32,000 nt of DNA, taken from assembly GCA_021650915.1 (NCBI GenBank), contig CP091279.1:150001-182000 (forward strand). The letters run 5' to 3'. How positions within the stretch are numbered: the stretch's first letter is position 1; each line of letters begins with the position of its first letter. The position numbers and the translations under genes were made by a program. The notes beneath the pieces are model-generated. The model was given only the letters and a program-made list of their open reading frames with translations. It did not search any database and was not told the DNA's origin. Origin of the DNA: Candidatus Brocadia sp. Its GTDB lineage: Bacteria > Planctomycetota > Brocadiia > Brocadiales > Brocadiaceae. Positions 9,091-19,549 of this stretch are shown here, piece after piece.

Positions 9091-10203
9091 TCACGGTTGC
9101 CGGTTCCCCAGGCTATATTCTATGGCATCTAAAAAGCCATGTGCCTGTCTTTCGTATGTCCACTTCTTTATTTCTTCATCAGCGCTTTCGGACAATCTTT
9201 TGTGCAAACCATCGGCATCAAGTATCCTTCCGATAGCTTCATTTAATGCCCTTGAATCCTTCTCTGGAACGACAAATCCATTCTTCTCATTTTTTACCAG
9301 CCCTCCAACACCCGCGCCAACCGCATCCGTTACAACCACGGGACACCCCTGATTAAATGCCTCATTTACAACCAATCCCCACGGTTCTTTGAAAGTTTTT
9401 GTTGTAATGGAAGGTAAAACAAAGACTGTAGCTAGCTTATAATATGGCGGTAAATCTGAATTAGGAATGATCCCTATTAAACGGTAATCAATTTCGTTAT
9501 CTTTGCAATACTTTTCAACACGATTTTTTAAATTTCCGTGTCCTATAGCAACAAATGAAAAATCATCTTTATTTAACTTATTTAATGCCTCTAATAAATA
9601 TTCTATTCCTTTCAGTTCCGTAAGCCTACCTACATAAAGGACTATCTTTTTGTCTTTTGTAATATTAAACTTCTGCTTAATGAGGGTGATTTCATCATCT
9701 TTCACTTCCCTTCCAAAGGTTTCATTATCCACGGTCTGCCAAGCGATAAAGATTTTATTGGGGTCTACACCTTTATTTATTAAAAATCTCTTCCCATGCT
9801 CGCCATAAACTACGATAGCGTCGGAATACTCTTTCAGTACCTTTATTAAAAACCAGGAGAAAAGTTTATATTGCAGTGTCTCGGGGTAATACCAGATTGT
9901 ATGCCAGACGATAAATTTTGCCTTAATCAGTTTTGCAAGCAAAAAGCATCCGATAAACGACCACTTGTTGTTTGTGCATTTGATAATTACATCATATTTC
10001 TTCTTAAAAAGTTTGACCAGTATAGATTTTGTGGGTAAGTAATAGAATCTATCATCATAGAATACCTTCAGGTGTTTGATGTCTTCCTTTGTCTTGTTTT
10101 CATCATCAAAGAAGTACATATCAAAATTATGTTTTTCGGTAAGTAATTTATACAATTTATACCGGTAATGCGTGCATAGATTGGTAATGAATGCGATTTT
10201 CAT
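9091..10203 (-). CDS. Glycosyltransferase family 4 protein
   Basis: KKIVLYVGRLTELKGIEYLLEALNKL...NSDLPPYYKLATVFVLPSITTKTFKEPWGLVVNEAFNQGCPVVVTDAVGAGVGGLVKNEKNGFVVPEKDSRALNEAI. Confidence 0.93.
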   Translation of the reverse strand: MKIAFITNLCTHYRYKLYKLLTEKHNFDMYFFDDENKTKEDIKHLKVFYDDRFYYLPTKSILVKLFKKKYDVIIKCTNNKWSFIGCFLLAKLIKAKFIVWHTIWYYPETLQYKLFSWFLIKVLKEYSDAIVVYGEHGKRFLINKGVDPNKIFIAWQTVDNETFGREVKDDEITLIKQKFNITKDKKIVLYVGRLTELKGIEYLLEALNKLNKDDFSFVAIGHGNLKNRVEKYCKDNEIDYRLIGIIPNSDLPPYYKLATVFVLPSITTKTFKEPWGLVVNEAFNQGCPVVVTDAVGAGVGGLVKNEKNGFVVPEKDSRALNEAIGRILDADGLHKRLSESADEEIKKWTYERQAHGFLDAIEYSLGNRQP

Positions 10204-10406
10204 ATAATTTCTTTATATTGCCAAACATTAACTTGGCAGTTTCCGAGTCGGGCAAAGTGTTCTTTTATTCTCATTTTTATAAAACGGATGTTTAGTTCAC
10301 TCAAAAAATTTATAAAACTGCTTATAAAAACCTTCTCTTTTCTCAATTTCAAAAAGAAACAAGTAAGTATGTCCCTCTATTATTTAGATGTTCTAATAAC
10401 TGCCAA

Positions 10407-11594
10407 TCATTTTGAGCTTCTTTCGATGATATCTATTACTTTTTGATAGTGTTTTGAAAACTCATATTTTTTAAAACACAAGGTAGTATTCTTTTGATAG
10501 AAAGAAAAATTATTGAGAAGCCTAAGTATGGCATCACCAACTTGAGTTTCTTCATCTACACAAATTCCACACTGTGTATCTTCTATTAATTCTGCTAAAC
10601 CCGGCAGCTTATTTGATATAATTGGTAGTTCAGATTTTAGATAATAAAACATTTTCCCTGAAGCCGCACCCATTATAAATGAATTTTGATTTTTCTTATC
10701 AATTCTCCAAATAATACCAATATCCGCACTCCTTATCATTGTGTTATACTCATTTTCGTCTAAAAGATCTTGAGAAAGGATGACCTTAGGAAATTGATTC
10801 TTAAGGCTAATAATCTTTTGAATATAATCCTTTGGCCCAAAACCATGTATTACAAAAACACACCCATCAGGCCATAGATGTGTATATTGAATTAAATCTC
10901 TTATCCCTATAGCTTCGGATATTTGTCCGGCATAGAGAATAATTTTGCTATTCATATCGATTGAATATTTAACTCGAAGATAATTGCTCCTTGGTTTTAT
11001 ATAATCACCATTATCTCTTAATGGACTATTTGGTACAAAAAGAACACTATTGTTAATAGAAAAAGCATTTGTTGTATATAAAAGTTCTGCTCTTTGTTTA
11101 TCCTGAATTACGGTCAATTCCGATCTTCTATGGAAAAATCTTTCTAGCTTTTTTAATACTATATAATGTAACCAATGCAGCACCTTGAATTTTGCTTGCA
11201 ATCTATAAACCGCTGGTGTCAAAACTTCTAGTGAATAATATACAATCGGCAATCTAAGAATTATTCCAAGGGCTCCTGCTATTATTAATCCATAAGGGTC
11301 AAAACCTATCAGACGGATATAATTTCGTCCTTTGCAATATTTATAAGAGTTGCGGATAAAACTAAATACTGTTGATATTCTTTTAAGTGGATTCAGAGTT
11401 GGGATAGATTTCGAGACGTATATAATGTTTACATTTGGGATATTTACTCCCTCATTTCCTGACTCGCATTTATAAATATCTACTTCATAACCACTTTTCG
11501 CCCACATGATAGCACTATTAACGATAGAAGGACTGATTTTAAGGGGATGCATATAATGAACGAAGAATGCAATTCTTTTTATTTGTGTTGACAT
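10407..11594 (-). CDS. Glycosyltransferase family 4-like protein
   Basis: PSIVNSAIMWAKSGYEVDIYKC...LIIAGALGIILRLPIVYYSLEVL...ILYAGQISEAIGIRDLIQYTHLWPDGCVFVIHGFG...ADIGIIWRI...GAASGKMFYYLKSELPIISNKLPGLAELIEDTQCGICVD. Confidence 0.85.
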   Translation of the reverse strand: MSTQIKRIAFFVHYMHPLKISPSIVNSAIMWAKSGYEVDIYKCESGNEGVNIPNVNIIYVSKSIPTLNPLKRISTVFSFIRNSYKYCKGRNYIRLIGFDPYGLIIAGALGIILRLPIVYYSLEVLTPAVYRLQAKFKVLHWLHYIVLKKLERFFHRRSELTVIQDKQRAELLYTTNAFSINNSVLFVPNSPLRDNGDYIKPRSNYLRVKYSIDMNSKIILYAGQISEAIGIRDLIQYTHLWPDGCVFVIHGFGPKDYIQKIISLKNQFPKVILSQDLLDENEYNTMIRSADIGIIWRIDKKNQNSFIMGAASGKMFYYLKSELPIISNKLPGLAELIEDTQCGICVDEETQVGDAILRLLNNFSFYQKNTTLCFKKYEFSKHYQKVIDIIERSSK

Positions 11595-11611
11595 ATCTCT
11601 TTTGGGTAATT

Positions 11612-12988
11612 TCAGATTATATTAACTTGCCTTGCAATAAGATGGTCATTGTCTAACCTTGCCAAACGATACCATACAAAGATTAAGATAAAAGCTACCC
11701 AAGTTGTTCTTTCAATGGTAAATAAAGAATCATTATGGAATAATGCATGTGTTGAAAGTGTCACAAAGGTAGATGTGATTCCCTTCCCATATCTAGCAAT
11801 AATCTGGTTATTAGCAAAATTAAGATACCTAATTTTGTCAATTATTGATAAAAAGACATAAAAAATTAATAATCCAATAACCCATCCAAAGTACATGATG
11901 ATTCTTAAATATCCGTTATGGACGAGAGCATATTCTCCTTTCTCATCTGGAACAACATTATAACCTTTAGCTGTAGCCAAACGACCCCAGCTTTCTTCTT
12001 TCATACCTTTGAAAAATAAACCTTGGGGATTTTCCAGTGCTATTTCTAAACAAGCTTCTTGCATTTCTAAACGTGTATAAATATCACTCTGTGTAAATCG
12101 TTCAAATATGGTTTTGCCTGATATGTGCCTTTGGTAAATTTTTTTGAACGTTCCCAATGTTTTAAAATCATTAAAAAGAAACTGCAAAAAGACTGTAATA
12201 ATGCAAAAAAAAATTATTATAAAACTAAATGAAATAATCTTCTTAAGAATTTTTTTATCTCGAAATGAATATAACACAAATATCGAGATACCAGCAAATA
12301 TTGCAGGGACGGTAGCTCTTTCTGCCGTATAAACTAAGACAATCAAAGCAAGGAGAAGTGAAATACCCCATAAAACTCTCCAATACCCGCTGTCAATAAA
12401 AAAAAGACAAATGAAAAGTGTGGTACCACCGGCTACTTGATAACCGAATAAATACGAAGCTGAACTTAAGCCAGCAAGTAACAAATGAGATGGTTGTGAT
12501 ATATTATTGCCGATTAATGTATCATAATACCTGCCATATAGAGAATATCTAAGAGATATATACTCTCCAAAGTATATAATTCCTACGAAAGAAAATAAAA
12601 GGGAAATTACAAGAAATATAGCAAACGATTTTGTTAAATAGATAGCATTGTCTATACTATTTTTCCCAAAATTCAAGAGTATTAAACAAAGGATAAATGG
12701 TACTATTATTCTTGTAATACATTCATATAATTCATTTTCGCCAAATACATAAGATTTTATATGGAATAGCATATAAACAATCATAATCCCTATAAGAAGT
12801 CGTATTTCTTTTGAATTGAAATGGCATATTGTTTTATTTAATAATTTAATTGTAACGAAGTAGTATCCACTAAAGATAAAAAATATTGTTAAACACTGAG
12901 GTATTTTTGTGGACGGAAACTCAGCGAGATATAAGAACAATAGAAGAAAAGGGAAAATTCTTGTTATTTTATTGATTATATTATCCAA
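11612..12988 (-). CDS. O-antigen ligase/polymerase family (Wzy-like) membrane protein
   Basis: 458 aa, many hydrophobic spans, large loop then HNGYLRIIMYFGWVIGLLIFYVFLS, in context of GT and flippase genes. Confidence 0.75.
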   Translation of the reverse strand: MDNIINKITRIFPFLLLFLYLAEFPSTKIPQCLTIFFIFSGYYFVTIKLLNKTICHFNSKEIRLLIGIMIVYMLFHIKSYVFGENELYECITRIIVPFILCLILLNFGKNSIDNAIYLTKSFAIFLVISLLFSFVGIIYFGEYISLRYSLYGRYYDTLIGNNISQPSHLLLAGLSSASYLFGYQVAGGTTLFICLFFIDSGYWRVLWGISLLLALIVLVYTAERATVPAIFAGISIFVLYSFRDKKILKKIISFSFIIIFFCIITVFLQFLFNDFKTLGTFKKIYQRHISGKTIFERFTQSDIYTRLEMQEACLEIALENPQGLFFKGMKEESWGRLATAKGYNVVPDEKGEYALVHNGYLRIIMYFGWVIGLLIFYVFLSIIDKIRYLNFANNQIIARYGKGITSTFVTLSTHALFHNDSLFTIERTTWVAFILIFVWYRLARLDNDHLIARQVNII

Positions 12989-13950
12989 TTCTTTTTCTTT
13001 ATAAAAAATCTGAGTTTACTATCACATATAACTTTATATTCATACTTTGCTCTTGCTAAATAATATTGAGCCCAGACCTTATAGACAAGGTGTTTTTTCC
13101 CCTTTTTAAATATTGTTAAACATGTAACAATTTGATAAAAGGAATATAATAAAAAAAATATTGACGTTCTTAAAACCAATATTTGTCTTGATATATTTTT
13201 TCTATATCTTAGCTGTGAGAAAGAGCGTTCCACTCCACATTTAAACGCCCTTTCCTGAAAATATTTGATATCTATTCTTTGTTTGGGAATAATATGCCAT
13301 ACAATTGCATTAGGATTATATACTATCTTTCTACCCGATGTGTGCAACTTTCTCAAAAGCCCCATTTCTCCATCGCCTCGAAAATACCAATATTTTCTAT
13401 CAGGGAAACCGTCTGGATTGAATCCACCTATATCAAAAAGTATTTGCCGACGTATTGAAAAATTGCAACCATATAACACTTCGGTTTCTTTAATTTCTTC
13501 TCCTAAATCCAAGATGCTTAACCAGGATAAAGAAAATAATTTTATCCATTCCGGGGGATTTACTTCCCACTTTGGTAGTATCTTGCCTCCTACGCATCCG
13601 ACTACTGGGTCTGCATAAGGTTTTAAAATCTCATTCAAAAGGTTTTCATCAGCTATGATATCATCGTCTACATATAACAATATTTCACCTTTTGAAGCTT
13701 TGGCTCCTGTATGTCTTGCATTATGAAGACCTATACTCGGTTCTGGTAAATACATTATAAAACATCTATTTTTATCAATATCTCTTTCCTCTTTTTCAAC
13801 CAATATTTTTGTTTCATCAGTACAAGAATTATCTACAACAATAATTTCATAGCCTATAAAAACCTGTTGTTTTAAGCTTCTTATTGTATTTGCTAAAGAT
13901 TCGGTTCTATTATATGTTGGAATAATTACTGATATTTTTAATTTATCCAT
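12976..13950 (-). CDS. Glycosyltransferase family 2 protein
   Basis: KISVIIPTYNRTESLANTIRSLKQQVFIGYEIIVVDNSCTDET...HNARHTGAKASKGEILLYVDDDIIADENLLNEIL...VGCVGGKILPKWE. Confidence 0.94.
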   Translation of the reverse strand: MDKLKISVIIPTYNRTESLANTIRSLKQQVFIGYEIIVVDNSCTDETKILVEKEERDIDKNRCFIMYLPEPSIGLHNARHTGAKASKGEILLYVDDDIIADENLLNEILKPYADPVVGCVGGKILPKWEVNPPEWIKLFSLSWLSILDLGEEIKETEVLYGCNFSIRRQILFDIGGFNPDGFPDRKYWYFRGDGEMGLLRKLHTSGRKIVYNPNAIVWHIIPKQRIDIKYFQERAFKCGVERSFSQLRYRKNISRQILVLRTSIFFLLYSFYQIVTCLTIFKKGKKHLVYKVWAQYYLARAKYEYKVICDSKLRFFIKKKNWII

Positions 13951-13976
13951 TCTGTATTATTCTTGCCCAATAGGTA

Positions 13977-14591
13977 TTATCCACAATGTGTCCTTCTATA
14001 CTGGAATTTTGATTTAAATTCATTAACTACTCTCTTTACGCCTTCTGCCCAGCCAATGTCATGAAAAATTATTATCCCACAATCTTTAACTTTTGGAACC
14101 CAATTCTCCACGTCCGATTTGGTTGCCTCATAAGAATGGTCTCCATCAATAAATAAAAGGTCTATCCCCTTATTAAAAGTCTTTGCCACTTCTACAGAAT
14201 ATCCTTTTAAAGGTGTAATAAAATCTTTCATAGACCCTGTATTTTTAAGAAACTCATCAAAAGTATCTCTTTTGCCTTCACTCATGGCTTCATTACTCCA
14301 TGTGTCAACACAATAAATATGTCCATCCCTATCCTTGATTGCACTTGCAAGAAATACTGTACTCGCACCTAAATAACTGCCGATTTCAACTACGATAGCC
14401 TTATTCGGAAGTGATAATACTAGCTTATAAAGGAGAAGGCGTTCTTTTTTAGTTAGGTGAGTAAAGATATCAAAAAATTGCCTGTGAGATTTAATATAAA
14501 ACCTCAAATATATAGGAGTCCACAAAAGAATACCCCCAAAATATTTTATTTTACTATACAATAATCTTGCAATTTTTAGGAAAATATTCAT
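13977..14591 (-). CDS. Class I SAM-dependent methyltransferase (Methyltransf_24-like)
   Basis: AIVVEIGSYLGASTVFLASAIKDRDGHIYCVDTWSNEA...GIDLLFIDGDHSYEATKSDVENWVPKVKDCGIIIFHDIGWAEGVKRVV. Confidence 0.88.
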   Translation of the reverse strand: MNIFLKIARLLYSKIKYFGGILLWTPIYLRFYIKSHRQFFDIFTHLTKKERLLLYKLVLSLPNKAIVVEIGSYLGASTVFLASAIKDRDGHIYCVDTWSNEAMSEGKRDTFDEFLKNTGSMKDFITPLKGYSVEVAKTFNKGIDLLFIDGDHSYEATKSDVENWVPKVKDCGIIIFHDIGWAEGVKRVVNEFKSKFQYRRTHCG

Positions 14592-14637
14592 TTGTTAACC
14601 CTTGCACATAAAGATGTTTAACATCGAAAGATACAGT

Positions 14638-15060
14638 TCAAGTATGTCGTGAAGACAGCATTAACCATGCAGGTTTAAGAAGATCATTTGTAGACTCAGA
14701 CAGATTTTTCACTCCCACAAGCGCTATCTGCGGATCTTCAAATGCCTCTGCTATGCCTTCAAGCCAAGTGGGGAACGCTTCAATATCATCATCGGCAAAA
14801 ACAAGAATGTCTCCCTGTGCCTTTTTTAGGCCAAGATGCCGCCCAACATGCAAGCCTAGTTGTGAATCACAATAATAGTAAAGGTTGTGTAATTTTTCTT
14901 TGCATGCTTGATAAACCTGTGAAGTATTATCCGTTGAGCCGTTATCTGCAATGATAACTTCGAAGTATTAAGGTGAATAAGTCTGGGCTACAATAGATAA
15001 CAACGCCCTTTCTAAATATTTTGCTCTATTTCGTGTAGGTATAATGATAGATGGGAACAT
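14638..15060 (-). pseudogene. Glycosyltransferase family 2 remnant with in-frame TAA and truncated C-terminus
   Basis: In one frame: MFPSIIIPTRNRAKYLERALLSIVAQTYSP*YFEVIIADNGSTDNTSQVYQACKEKLHNLYYYCDSQLGLHVGRHLGLKKAQGDILVFADDDIEAFPTWLEGIAEAFEDPQIALVGVKNLSES... Confidence 0.85.
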
Positions 15061-16539
15061 TCAGGTTATCGACTCTTTTGCAAGTTTAAAGGTTCGTTTT
15101 ACGAATTCTTTTTCTATTAACCAAGAGGCTGATATATAGATTATTCCACCTAAAATTATTATTCCTATCAGTTTAAACAATCCTAACATACCAACAAAAT
15201 CACCAGAAACGTTAGTTAGAGGATAGATTACAATGGCAATAATTAGTCCACTTATAAAAGGTACTCTTACGCAACTATAAAGATATGTGAATGGCAACTT
15301 CAAAATTTTATTTGCTACAAAAAAGTGTAATCCCATACTAACAATTGCTACGGCAAACCTTGCAAAACAAAAGGTTAAAAGGCCATAAGGTGCAGCAAAT
15401 ATGTATATAGGTATATAGTAAATTAATGCTACAAAAAGAAGCTTGGAATTTATATCTGGCCTTCCTATTGCTCTGTAAATCTCTGGATTTAATCCAACAA
15501 ACCATGTTATGGCATCCTTCAGACCAATAATAGCTATCACTATTTCAATGCCTTGCCATTTTTGTCCAAATATAATTAGAGAGCCTTGTTTTGCTAATAT
15601 TACAAATCCAATACCGATTGGAAAAGAAACAAAACAGATTATTTTTGTTATTTTGATAAAAGTTTGTTTTAATTCTTCAAGATTTGATTGTAACCTGGAA
15701 AAAGCAGAAAAAGCTATTGGAGTAAAATGACTTAAAAAAGTCCCGAAGACAAGCATAACAAAAATTACGCCCGTTCTATAAATACCCAGTTCCTTCACCC
15801 CCAAAAAGTGGCCAAGAATTATAGAATCTCCGCACATTAATAACCAGCCCAGTAACGCTTCTAGTGCAACCCAGCTACTAAAACCCAATAGTTTTTTTGC
15901 TAATTGATAATCATAGTTAAACCTTGGTCTCCATGGACTTAGCCTCCAATAAAGAAATACTTGAAATAATGCCCCTATTAAAGTACCAAAAACCAATGCC
16001 CATACACCTGTATTAAAAAATGCTAAGGGTATTGATACAATGCCTGGAATGGTGGCGGAAAATAGTCTGATCAAAAACAATTGTTTAAATTGGAATTGTC
16101 GTTGGAATAGTGCTTGATGTACAGATACAAGGCTAACAAGGACAATTTGCAAGCATAAAACCCTTAAGACCTTTGTTACTTTTGGTTCGTGAAAGAACTC
16201 GGAAAGTAGAGGGGCTATGACAAAGAGTATTAAATATAGAAAAAAGGAGAAAGTCAAATTTGTCCAAAAAATTACATTAGATGATTTATTGATCTCCGTT
16301 TGTCGTTGAATTAATGTCTTTCCTAAACCAAAATCCTGGAATATCTGTGCAAGGCTAATAACAATCATCGCCACGCCAACTAGCCCAAAATCTGTTGGTG
16401 TTAGTAAACGCGCAAGAATTAATGTAGTTATTGGTTGAATAGATCGTGAGGCAATTTCACCAAGTGCAGTCCATTTTACTGATTTAATTGCATTCGTTTT
16501 AATATTAGAAACTACTTGAAACCCTTCTACGCTTTTCAT
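15061..16539 (-). CDS. Polysaccharide flippase (Wzx/WzxC-like, MOP superfamily, Polysacc_synt_3)
   Basis: AIKSVKWTALGEIASRSIQPITTLILARLLTPTDFGLVGVAMIVISLAQIFQDFGLGKTLIQRQ; 12 or more hydrophobic spans; PEIYRAIGRPDI. Confidence 0.92.
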   Translation of the reverse strand: MKSVEGFQVVSNIKTNAIKSVKWTALGEIASRSIQPITTLILARLLTPTDFGLVGVAMIVISLAQIFQDFGLGKTLIQRQTEINKSSNVIFWTNLTFSFFLYLILFVIAPLLSEFFHEPKVTKVLRVLCLQIVLVSLVSVHQALFQRQFQFKQLFLIRLFSATIPGIVSIPLAFFNTGVWALVFGTLIGALFQVFLYWRLSPWRPRFNYDYQLAKKLLGFSSWVALEALLGWLLMCGDSIILGHFLGVKELGIYRTGVIFVMLVFGTFLSHFTPIAFSAFSRLQSNLEELKQTFIKITKIICFVSFPIGIGFVILAKQGSLIIFGQKWQGIEIVIAIIGLKDAITWFVGLNPEIYRAIGRPDINSKLLFVALIYYIPIYIFAAPYGLLTFCFARFAVAIVSMGLHFFVANKILKLPFTYLYSCVRVPFISGLIIAIVIYPLTNVSGDFVGMLGLFKLIGIIILGGIIYISASWLIEKEFVKRTFKLAKESIT

Positions 16540-17054
16540 TTCTCAAACACCGCAGCAAAGTTATCTGGTAGAGGTATGTCGGTTGCATCTGCACCTATTT
16601 TGTTGCCATTTATTCCTTTTGGATAAGCAAGATCCAAAGCATAGGCAGTACAACCATACAATCGTTCTGATATTTCAAACCATGGACTACTTGATGCTGC
16701 TATATCAATTAATTTGTCACCTTCCTTTAACTCAAGCAATTGTGCCCCAACATAGTGTTCAAGAGCCTTTTCAATAAAAACATTTCCATAATGATTTACG
16801 TATTCTTTTGGAAAAGATGCCTTATCAAGCCAATTATTGAACTCATCCACATTTACCCTGTATGGAATGACTGTAATGCCAGATGATTCAAAATCACTTC
16901 GTATTTTTTCATAGTTTTGAGGAGGTAATTTACTTTGCTTTTTGCTCGAGGGATTAAGATAAAAGCCCATTAATCCACTTACAATATGGCATGAAAGGTT
17001 AATTGTATCCAATAATCCTTTCCTATTAATTTGTCTCAATATTCTCTTTATCAT
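16536..17054 (-). CDS. SAM-methyltransferase-like protein, probably C-terminally truncated
   Basis: VGAQLLELKEGDKLIDIAASSSPWFEISERLYGCTAYALDLAYPKGINGNKIGADATDIPLPDNFAAVFEK*; ends where the post-motif II core should begin. Confidence 0.6.
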   Translation of the reverse strand: MIKRILRQINRKGLLDTINLSCHIVSGLMGFYLNPSSKKQSKLPPQNYEKIRSDFESSGITVIPYRVNVDEFNNWLDKASFPKEYVNHYGNVFIEKALEHYVGAQLLELKEGDKLIDIAASSSPWFEISERLYGCTAYALDLAYPKGINGNKIGADATDIPLPDNFAAVFEK

Positions 17055-17815
17055 GTTTGTTTCTGTTTACCTACCACCATCATATTCCAATCATTTACTG
17101 TCAGGTCTCTGTCAAGATTGAGAAATGGGTAGAAGTTGATATTGTCAAACCCGGCTACTTCCAGAAAATATTTAATTTCCTGAGGAAATAAGAACCGCAT
17201 GGGATGTGTCTCGTTGGCCTCACTTAATTCATTATTTTTTACATTCCATACTTTAAAAGTTACTTTTACAATGTGGCTTATTATGTCCAGTTGCGGCTCT
17301 GTAAATCTGATGACCTTTTCCCCCTTACCTGAATTTACTTCTTTAATGCGGGGTGTGGGTTTATCTGTGAGAACAGCAGGGCCGTGCCAGCAATCGAACA
17401 TAAATAAACCACCAGGAACCAGACAGTCTTTTGCCAATTTACAAACTGCTGCAATGGCAGCGTTGGTCGTCTGATAGCTCATAACCGCAAACATGGAGAC
17501 CACTGCATCAAATTTTCTATTCAGATTTATACTGGTTATATCGCCTTCTACATATTCAATTGCAATGTCTGCCGCGTGCGCTTTGCTTTTGGCTATTTCA
17601 AGCATATATTCGGATCTGTCTATTCCGGTAACTTTGTAGCCTCTTTTGGAAAGAATCAGCGCATGTCCGCCCGTTCCACAGCCAAGGTCAAGGATTGTCG
17701 TTGGTTTATAATCGAATTTTTTAAAAATTGCTTCTATAAAGTCGCATTCCTTTTCGTAATCTTTATCTTGATACAAATCATCATAGGCATTTGCATATTT
17801 TTCTTTGAAGACCAT
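17051..17815 (-). CDS. Class I SAM-dependent methyltransferase
   Basis: YKPTTILDLGCGTGGHALILSKRGYKVTGIDRSEYMLEIAKSKA...YVEGDITSINLNRKFDAVVSMFAVMSYQ...LVPGGLFMFDCWHG. Confidence 0.95.
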   Translation of the reverse strand: MVFKEKYANAYDDLYQDKDYEKECDFIEAIFKKFDYKPTTILDLGCGTGGHALILSKRGYKVTGIDRSEYMLEIAKSKAHAADIAIEYVEGDITSINLNRKFDAVVSMFAVMSYQTTNAAIAAVCKLAKDCLVPGGLFMFDCWHGPAVLTDKPTPRIKEVNSGKGEKVIRFTEPQLDIISHIVKVTFKVWNVKNNELSEANETHPMRFLFPQEIKYFLEVAGFDNINFYPFLNLDRDLTVNDWNMMVVGKQKQT

Positions 17816-18085
17816 TGTTATGATACTCTCTCTATGACAAATTTACTTATGTTTGAGAGGATTCATTGCTTTAAATCCTATATAGTGTCTGAACGAAAAC
17901 GCACTTTTTGTAAAAGTGCGAGGTCGATTTTCTATTTACCAATAGATAATTTTAAGATTTGAGATTAGGGTTTTTGGCAAAAATACTGTTCTTTTACATA
18001 TTTCCCTTGTTTTCCCCTTTATTTTAGCCTTGTCTGGGCGTACCTGCCTCCCGGCAGACTGTTTTTCTTCGTGTTTTTTGCTTGC

Positions 18086-19549
18086 TTAGGCGGCTTTTCG
18101 CAACTTTTCGCACTGCTTCCGTGCCTTCTCCTGCAGCACGTTTCCCAGCTTGTGCAAATTCGCAGCTAACACGCCCATTGCACAATATCTTTTAAAGGCA
18201 TGCAGCCCTTTGTCCGGACACCTATCCAAGCCGTGATGCTCCAAACGATTGATATCCGATTCTACCGCCGAGTGCTTGTGCCTTAGCTTCTTAAATGTCT
18301 TACCCGATTCCTCTTCCTGTTCCGCCTTATTCTTCTTGCCCTTCTTGGGAAGGATTACCTCTGGTATATACAAACTCAGCAACTCTTTATTCTCTTTCTT
18401 GTAAAAACCTTTATCAAAACTTATACTCTTTATTGTGCCTTCTCCGTAACGGCTCAACAACCTATCTGCCAATGGAATTACCAACGATACATCCGCCTGT
18501 TTTTCTCCTACCACATGGTCCACGATGAAACCCCACTGATCGCTTGCTACCAGAATATTATGTCCCAACTCTACCCTTTTGTTTGACTTGCCTTTGTACA
18601 GCCACTCCGTATGCGGCTCAAACAACGAATGAACCTTTTCTGCCGCCGGTATTACCTCATCCCGGATCACCCTTCTCTCCACCAGGTCTATCTGTTTATT
18701 CAACATCCCGTGAAAATACTCCAGTGTCCCTATTTTCCCTGCATGCTTGTCTACCTGGTTCGTCGTTAGCACCTTTTCGTAGATGGCTAACAGACTCGCT
18801 CCTATCTTTTCACTCAAACCCCTCGATAATTCCAAGTAACTCCTCACATGCTCTTCCTTGTTTTTCCCCCCGCTGCTTGACGCCTTTGCGCTTATCCTCA
18901 TCAGCTTTTTTAACTCTCTCCTCCAATATTTGCTCTTGCGCCATCCTTTCCCCGCCAGGATGCCTTCCTCTATTGCATCCTCTATCATGTCCAGACTCTT
19001 GCGTCCCGCATCCCACAATAAATTCATATCGGTCGGAAAGTGTACATTCGTCTCTAACACATACGTATCCACCTTAATACACAGTCCTTCGTCCTTTTTT
19101 TTAACCAACTGATGCCCCGATGATATCACCACTTCATTTATCTGCCTGAGGGTCTCCTCATCCAACAATCTTATATTGTCCTTGATGCTCTGCATCGAAA
19201 AAACCTTCGCCTCTCCAAATGCCGTCTCAACCCCCATTATCTGCCTGATAAGTTTGTGATGGTTGGCAAAATCCTCCAACCTGTCATAATCGGCATCTAA
19301 CCCTAATCTTACCACCGACAACACCAAAATATGCCATAAATCCATCCCATATCTTCCCGTCTTTTTCTTCCCCTTCGTTACCTTCGCCTCTAATATCCGG
19401 AATACCTCCTCGTTCAACTCCGGTGTAACATAGATATGTTGCAACGCCCTCAGTATCGGTGGTAGCTCATCTCGACTCTTTATTGGCAGTTTTACCCCTG
19501 AAATGGGTATGATGCCAAGCTTCAATTGCTGCTCAAATCTCTTTCTCAT
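18086..19549 (-). mobile_element. Transposase, probably ISNCY-like family, intact ORF (487 aa)
   Basis: LPPILRALQHIYVTPELNEEVFRILEAKV...GRYGMDLWHILVLSVVRLGLDADYDRLEDFANHH...GLCIKVDTYVLETNVHFPTD...WLYKGKSNKRVELGHNILVASDQWGFIVDH...HSAVESDINRLEHHGLDRCPDKG. ISNCY assignment is from recalled pattern. Confidence 0.78.

Noticed and set aside
18544-19077. 177-aa plus-strand ORF and other plus-strand ORFs at 18295-19112
   Set aside because: Antisense to the intact transposase 18086..19549; biased composition and no domain.
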